Assembly: GCA_964597255.1 (NCBI GenBank)
Contig: CAZQWX010000063.1
Coordinates: 1 to 29,571 of the forward strand
Direction: 5' to 3'
Source of the DNA: an uncultured Gammaproteobacteria bacterium
GTDB taxonomy: Bacteria; Patescibacteriota; Microgenomatia; JAMCZE01
DNA: 29,571 nt
The position numbers and the translations under genes are program-made. The notes under the pieces were generated by a model. The model saw only the letters and a program-made list of their open reading frames with translations, was not told the origin of the DNA and ran no database searches. Below are positions 24,587 through 29,571 of the stretch, one piece after another (positions within the stretch are counted from its first letter, which is position 1; every line of letters starts with the position of its first letter).

Positions 24587-25270
24587 ATGAGGCGATTAAT
24601 CAGAAGGGTTAAACCGCTGCTTGCCATTGGCATCCCACTTCTTATTCTGGTGGCGGTTGGGGTTGTTCTCCAAGTGGTAGTGGTAGCACAACCGTTATTA
24701 ATCGCCCACTGGCTGCAGTCTTTTGGACCAGCCTTATTAGTTATCTACTTCCTAATTCAATCGGTGGGGATTATCTTCCCACCCATTCCTGGTGGGATTT
24801 TTCAACTGGCGTTGATCGCCATTTTTGGCCCACTGAAGGGATTTTTGCTCATCTATTTAACGGTCACGCCATTGTATTGTGTCAATTTCCTGTTGGCCAA
24901 GAGATATGGCCGGCCGTTTGTCACCCGAATGATTGGAGAAAAAAGCATGAGGAAGGTCGATGACTATGCCAAAGATGCCGGGCTGGGAGGATTGATCATG
25001 TTGAAATTATTCCAGGACAGGTATGTTGACTATATTTCTTACGGCTTGGGTTTAACTTTGATCAGTTTTAAAAACTTTTTCTGGGTTAACCTTTTGGCAG
25101 AAATTCCCCGAGATATTGTGGCTTATTTCATCTTCAAAAATGGGCCAAACTTTACCGTCTCCATCATCTTGATGGAAGTCTTTGCCGGAGGTTTGACGGT
25201 GTTGTATATTTTGCACCACCATTGGCAACACAGGAGGAAATTAGCAAGTCAGAAAAGTAGAGAAAGTTAG
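24587..25270 (+). CDS. TVP38/TMEM64 (DedA/VTT domain) membrane protein
   Basis: IIFPPIPG, FGPLKG, FLLAKRYGRP, DYISYGLGLT and F...N motifs; hydrophobic. Confidence 0.85.
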   Translation: MRRLIRRVKPLLAIGIPLLILVAVGVVLQVVVVAQPLLIAHWLQSFGPALLVIYFLIQSVGIIFPPIPGGIFQLALIAIFGPLKGFLLIYLTVTPLYCVNFLLAKRYGRPFVTRMIGEKSMRKVDDYAKDAGLGGLIMLKLFQDRYVDYISYGLGLTLISFKNFFWVNLLAEIPRDIVAYFIFKNGPNFTVSIILMEVFAGGLTVLYILHHHWQHRRKLASQKSRES

Positions 25271-26193
25271 AGGTATTTGGCCACGTTAGCGTTGTGCTGG
25301 TCGAGGGTTTGAGCATAGTGCATCTGGCCATCTTTGCCCGTGAGGTAATAGAGATAGTTGGTTTGGGTGGGATGGAGAACGGCGTCGATGGATGACAGGC
25401 CGGGATTGCAGATCGGGCCAGGTGGCAGGCCAGCATGAATATAGGTGTTGTAGGGCGAGGCGATTTTCAGATCATCCAAGGTGAGATTTTTCTTCCACCA
25501 GCCGTCTTGGGTGGTGTAGCCAATGGCATATTGGACCGTGGCGTCGACATCTAGGCCCATACCGGCATTAAGCCGATTAAGAAAAACACTGGCCACGATT
25601 GGCCGGTCGGCAGCGTCTTTGGCTTCGCGCTCGACCATGGAAGCCAAGATGAGAGTTTGGTTGTCGATGGCCAGATCGGAAGTTTTGGTGGTGAAGTTTT
25701 TTAGCATCAGATCGTGAATACTGGCAACGGTTGACAGCTTGGGCACCAGATAGGTGTCGGGGAAGAGCCGGCCCTCATCGGCACTCCAGCTGGCACTGGT
25801 GGTGTCAAAACCTTGGGTTTTGAGATAGTCCAGAATTTGGGTGGCCCGCCAACCTTCGGGGATGGTGATCCAAACGTCTTCGGTGCCAAAAGTCAGTTTC
25901 GAAGCTACCTCTTGGGCGGACATGGCTGGCGACAATTGGAAGCTGCCAGCTTGGAGTTTGGTGTCGGTGTGAAGAACCAAACGGACGAGAACAAAGAACG
26001 ATACCGGGTCACGAATCAAGCCTTGATCGCCGAGATTTTTGGCAATGGCGCGAACGTCTTCGCCAGAACTGACCGTAAAACTGCGGGTTTTTGTGTCTTG
26101 GGGATTAACCGGGGAAGTGGCAAAGTTCCACCACATGACCCCCGCAATAGCGACCACCAAGGCAACACCAAAAGCGAGAAGTAATTTTTTCAA
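25267..26193 (-). CDS. mltG: Endolytic transglycosylase MltG
   Basis: N-terminal TM helix; ITIPEGW, EGRLFPDTY, ASMVEREA, SPYNTY, GLPPGPICNPG and YLYYL motifs; TTG start. Confidence 0.95.
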   Translation of the reverse strand: MKKLLLAFGVALVVAIAGVMWWNFATSPVNPQDTKTRSFTVSSGEDVRAIAKNLGDQGLIRDPVSFFVLVRLVLHTDTKLQAGSFQLSPAMSAQEVASKLTFGTEDVWITIPEGWRATQILDYLKTQGFDTTSASWSADEGRLFPDTYLVPKLSTVASIHDLMLKNFTTKTSDLAIDNQTLILASMVEREAKDAADRPIVASVFLNRLNAGMGLDVDATVQYAIGYTTQDGWWKKNLTLDDLKIASPYNTYIHAGLPPGPICNPGLSSIDAVLHPTQTNYLYYLTGKDGQMHYAQTLDQHNANVAKYL

Positions 26194-26195
26194 GC

Positions 26196-26375
26196 TTAGA
26201 CCTCGTCGAGTTTAGCTCGGCGATATTTGCCGTTTTCGGCGATATAAACCCGCTTGCATTTGCAAACAACCGTACCACCAACTTTTTTGGCTTTTGACAG
26301 CGGTGTCCCACAACCGACGCATTTCCCTTGGGAAAGTAACCAAGCCTGGACCGGAGAAATCAAATTTTTAAACAT
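26196..26375 (-). CDS. Small Zn-ribbon-like protein (59 aa)
   Basis: Manual translation MFKNLISPVQAWLLSQGKCVGCGTPL...VVCKCKRVY...YRRAKLDEV (CxxC...CxC); overlaps the ruvX stop and ends 2 nt before the mltG start. Confidence 0.72.
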   Translation of the reverse strand: MFKNLISPVQAWLLSQGKCVGCGTPLSKAKKVGGTVVCKCKRVYIAENGKYRRAKLDEV

Positions 26376-26697
26376 GGTTTTTGGTATCTAAATAACGTTG
26401 CAGAATAACGGCCGCGGCTTTAGCGTGAGCTTTGGGCCCGGCCTCATAACTGCTTAGGGTTTCATCAATAAAATCTAACGGCAAGTGTAGCACAGCAGCA
26501 AGATTTTTTCCAAAGTTGGTCGCCAATTCGCCACTGGTACCCTCGGAAACGCCAACAATGAGGTGAGTAACATTTAACTCCTTAACAATTTTTTTGATGG
26601 CAGCGATATTATGAACGACTTGGTAGGGTTCGGCAATCTCGCCCTCAGAAATAGCCAAGCCAATATTTTTTAAACCGTAATCAATGCCTAGGATCAT
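26368..26697 (-). CDS. ruvX: YqgF/RuvX family nuclease (pre-16S rRNA maturation)
   Basis: ILGIDYG, IGLAISE, LIVGV, DETLSS and AAAVILQRYLD motifs; compact (109 aa). Confidence 0.88.
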   Translation of the reverse strand: MILGIDYGLKNIGLAISEGEIAEPYQVVHNIAAIKKIVKELNVTHLIVGVSEGTSGELATNFGKNLAAVLHLPLDFIDETLSSYEAGPKAHAKAAAVILQRYLDTKNHV

Positions 26698-26728
26698 TAG
26701 AAAAGTATATCAGACGGCCCTGATGACC

Positions 26729-27052
26729 TTAAGGAGTAGTTCTAGTTCTAGCTCTGGCTCTAACTTCGCCTTCCTCAAAGAAAGCATTTTTAGTTTTTTC
26801 TAACCCAATACCCAGACCAGTTGCCCCAAGTGCCAGGAATAGAAATCCCATTCCTAAATTAGGTGTAAGTACAAATTGGTTAAGTCGGCCATTCTCTAGT
26901 GTATACTTAATGCTGTCCATGAGGGGACCAGCAATGGGAGGAACAGAGGCTAGAAATGCCCACAGACCCAAAATTGAAAGAAGAACACCACGATTAAACT
27001 TTTGCTGGACTCGCCAGAGTTCTTGGTCTGGTGTCCTAACTGGGTTTGCCAT
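26729..27052 (-). CDS. Hypothetical two-TM membrane protein
   Basis: 107-aa ORF with two hydrophobic segments; AT-richer than its neighbours. Confidence 0.5.
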   Translation of the reverse strand: MANPVRTPDQELWRVQQKFNRGVLLSILGLWAFLASVPPIAGPLMDSIKYTLENGRLNQFVLTPNLGMGFLFLALGATGLGIGLEKTKNAFFEEGEVRARARTRTTP

Positions 27053-27115
27053 GATCCAAGGATTATCTCATAGTTTTCCTGGGGTATCAAGTTTTGACTG
27101 TTATACCAGTCTATT

Positions 27116-27913
27116 TTAGGTTTGGGTCAGTTGGGCCCGAACCACTCCCCGCTTCCAGACGGTGCCCGGAGGTTCACAGGTGATTAAGGAGACATAGGCA
27201 GCATCGAAGCGCTGTTCAAGAATAGACAAGTCAGTAGGTTCAATGATTTTTTTATCCACCACTTGGTAGTGATAGCGCACGCCGTCATAGTTAATATAAA
27301 TGTCATCACCATTGTTCAGATCCATCAGGTGAGTAAAAATGCCGGAAAAATTGTCCGGGCTGGCAAATTGAGGCAGTTCAGAATGGCCAAAGATGATGTT
27401 GACACCAAAATTGCCGGGCATAGCGGAGGTGGGCCAAGCGACGAGTGATTTCTTGAGATCCGTACCGCCAAACTCGACGGTGGCAGCATCAATTTTTAGT
27501 TTGGGAATAGTTAAAGTGTAGTACTGGACTTCAGTGTTTTCATGCCCTGCCACCGACTGGGCAGCGCCGGGAAACCAAGTCGAGGGCCGATAGGAATCAT
27601 CGACGGCGGTAGTGGTGGAATTAAGGGCAGTAGTATTAGCGACCGCCGCAAAGGCCTGAACCGGGGCCGAGAAAATGCCCGGGGCCTGGGACTGACTTTG
27701 AGCCAGGGGTGAGACAATTTCTGGTGAATAGAGCGACATGGTGGACAGATAGGAAGCGATAATCGGATAGGCCACTTGGCCGATCATGAACAGGCCGATG
27801 GAGAGAAAGGCCAAAGAAATTACCCGACTGACTTTCTTGACCGGCCCGGCGGGCTTGGGCTGTTGATAGTCGATCGTGGGATGGGAACTTTTGACGTAGG
27901 AATAAAGGGCCAT
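27116..27913 (-). CDS. Sortase-family protein
   Basis: N-terminal TM helix; catalytic His (IFGHS), LITC and Arg (WKR); probable start is the ATG at 27913 (MALYSYVK). Confidence 0.88.
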   Translation of the reverse strand: MALYSYVKSSHPTIDYQQPKPAGPVKKVSRVISLAFLSIGLFMIGQVAYPIIASYLSTMSLYSPEIVSPLAQSQSQAPGIFSAPVQAFAAVANTTALNSTTTAVDDSYRPSTWFPGAAQSVAGHENTEVQYYTLTIPKLKIDAATVEFGGTDLKKSLVAWPTSAMPGNFGVNIIFGHSELPQFASPDNFSGIFTHLMDLNNGDDIYINYDGVRYHYQVVDKKIIEPTDLSILEQRFDAAYVSLITCEPPGTVWKRGVVRAQLTQT

Positions 27914-27917
27914 AGGT

Positions 27918-29571
27918 TTAATCGCTAACGACGTCCAGCTTAATATTTTCTTTGCGCCAGGGCAAGGCAATTTTAATCAAGGGTTCAAAGGCTTTGGGGG
28001 TGACGTCAATACTGACGGAAGAGACACCAGGGTTGGAAGTGATCAGGGAGCTGGCGGCGCCAGGATTCTTGCCAGAGATGTTATTTACCAGGTCTGTAGT
28101 GTTGATTGAGGGCAACAGTTTGGCGGCGAGATTAACATTTAAAGTGGTATTGTCGGCCTTGTCGGTCTTGGCGTTGGTGATATTAATTTGGGCAGAATCA
28201 GCTGACAGTTGATAGTCAGTGGGGACAGCTTCTGGAAAACTCTTTAGAAACAGCGCAATTAAATCAGATTGGGAAAAGACGACACCGTGGAAGTTGAGGG
28301 AGAGATTTAGGGAGACGGTATCAGCCTCGGCATCGACATTAGCCGAGAACTGTTTTTGGGCCACCGTTGAGGTGATGGCGTTTGGCAGGAGTTGCTGATC
28401 GCTGCCGATTTTTGACTGCAGATCGGATTGAGCAGAGGCGGAAAGTTGGGCAGACAGACTGGCCAGGAGGCGATTTTGATCGTCAGCGGTGACCACGGTC
28501 GCTTGGTGACTGTTGCCGCCAGAAAAAGCAGAGTCATTCTTGGCCAGATACTCTGAGGAAGAGAAGGAACCAACAGTAAACTTGGTGCCGGCGTCGATGT
28601 TGTAGTTGTCGCCGATGTCGGCAGCGGTGGCAGGAACGGTGACGGTCGCTGGAGTAATAGCATCACCAGAGGCGATGCTGGTAGCCTGATCTAGAGTAAA
28701 CTTTAGACCATTGCTTGAGGTAATAGTCATCCCGGCAGCAAAGTTGTGACTGTCGGAAACGCTGTAGATGGTCACACTGCCCTGGGCTTTATTGCCCACC
28801 AACTTGTGGCCAGTGGCAATCCCTCGAGCGGTGGCCGATTCGGTGACATCGGCAAAATTGCCGACCAAAGTGGCAGAAGATGTCGAGACTTGGGCAGAAT
28901 TGGTAACAATAGTCACTGGCAAGGTTTCACTGAACAGCTGGGGGGTGACATGAACCACAACATCGGCGTGGGGCAAGAAATAGGCCAGGGCGGAAACGGC
29001 AATGACTAACAAGATTAAGACCACCACGATGATCAAGATTAATGGGCGCCTGCCAAAGGCAGAACCAGCAGGAGTGAAGCCGGTCGGTGACTGAGTCGAA
29101 ACGGCGTTTTTAGGTCGGAGTTTACCGGTGACACCACGCAGTGGGCCGGTTATAGTCCCGATTAAAGTCGGCAGTGATTTTACGGCGGAAAGATTAAACT
29201 TGGGCAGAGACAAGCCGCGGCCAGATGACATCACGGTATCTTCTGGCATTTCCTCCAGTTGGCCTAATGCCGGGCTGGTTTTCGTCGCAAGGGCTTCGGA
29301 CAAACCTGGGGACACGGCAGTTTCGGGCCGGGCTGATGATTCCCCTTCGGACGGTGTTGCGTTTTTAGGCATTTCCAGGGAAACAGCAAAATGGCTGGCG
29401 CTGTCGCCGATGGTAAAACCGGCTTCTTCGGCAGAGATTTCCTGAAGTTCGGCTTCTTTATTTCCCTGGTCCTTAGCTTCTTGTTCAATACCTTCTTGAG
29501 TTTCGGCATTAGCAATTGGCTGGTCAGTTGCTGGCTGAGAAGGTTGTTGCTCAATAGACTCCGGTTCACCC
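27918..29571 (-). CDS. Membrane-anchored baseplate J/gp47-like domain protein (5' end outside the window)
   Basis: The frame stays open from 29570 (acidic linker GEPESIEQQ...) through the ORF-track start. TM helix, then KAQGSVTIY, TVPATAADIGDNYNI and FSGG...VVT.DD, typical of baseplate J-like domains. Confidence 0.75.
   Translation of the reverse strand, partial: GEPESIEQQPSQPATDQPIANAETQEGIEQEAKDQGNKEAELQEISAEEAGFTIGDSASHFAVSLEMPKNATPSEGESSARPETAVSPGLSEALATKTSPALGQLEEMPEDTVMSSGRGLSLPKFNLSAVKSLPTLIGTITGPLRGVTGKLRPKNAVSTQSPTGFTPAGSAFGRRPLILIIVVVLILLVIAVSALAYFLPHADVVVHVTPQLFSETLPVTIVTNSAQVSTSSATLVGNFADVTESATARGIATGHKLVGNKAQGSVTIYSVSDSHNFAAGMTITSSNGLKFTLDQATSIASGDAITPATVTVPATAADIGDNYNIDAGTKFTVGSFSSSEYLAKNDSAFSGGNSHQATVVTADDQNRLLASLSAQLSASAQSDLQSKIGSDQQLLPNAITSTVAQKQFSANVDAEADTVSLNLSLNFHGVVFSQSDLIALFLKSFPEAVPTDYQLSADSAQINITNAKTDKADNTTLNVNLAAKLLPSINTTDLVNNISGKNPGAASSLITSNPGVSSVSIDVTPKAFEPLIKIALPWRKENIKLDVVSD

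Noticed and set aside
27918-29571. Prophage or contractile injection system suggested by the baseplate J domain
   Set aside because: No capsid, tail, terminase or integrase genes in the window; the protein has a TM anchor and sits among housekeeping envelope genes.
1-29571. Alternative genetic code (code 25) as in Gracilibacteria/Absconditabacteria
   Set aside because: TGA terminates fusA, copZ and erm at the expected positions, and no conserved gene has an in-frame TGA.

Overview
Core-chromosome window of a Candidate Phyla Radiation (Patescibacteria, Microgenomates-like) bacterium; standard genetic code, with TGA used as stop. The lineage call is inferred from gene style and synteny, not from a database search. 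Almost all genes are on the minus strand. The left half is the rpoB-rpoC-rpsL-rpsG-fusA-tuf-rpsJ-rplC cluster, interrupted at three junctions by AT-rich passenger genes: a minimal nucleotidyltransferase plus a hypothetical ORF, a divergent peptide deformylase, and a Cys-rich ORF. Upstream of rpoB is a stack of stress/resistance modules. These are (i) a 2.6 kb unit bounded by 17-bp direct repeats, in which a MerR/GyrI-like regulator faces a three-gene operon for a stand-alone phospho-His swivel domain and two unknown proteins across a textbook 19-bp-spacer MerR promoter; (ii) a CsoR-copA-cupredoxin-copZ copper operon; (iii) an Erm-like rRNA methyltransferase with a leader-peptide attenuator; and (iv) an N-formylglutamate amidohydrolase-like gene with its own leader-peptide attenuator. 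The right end has an ATP-grasp gene, a DedA/TVP38 gene, mltG, a small Zn-ribbon ORF, ruvX, a sortase and a truncated baseplate-J-like gene. No rRNA, tRNA, CRISPR array, integrase or transposase was recognised. The main highlights are the MerR-controlled His-swivel operon, three near-leaderless uORF attenuators (rplC, erm, amidohydrolase), non-canonical GTPase motifs in EF-G (NKIN) and EF-Tu (AMPG), resistance-type residues in RpoB, S12 and S10, and a 16-bp palindrome present both intergenically and in-frame in rpoB. RNA structures were paired by eye and have not been folded computationally.
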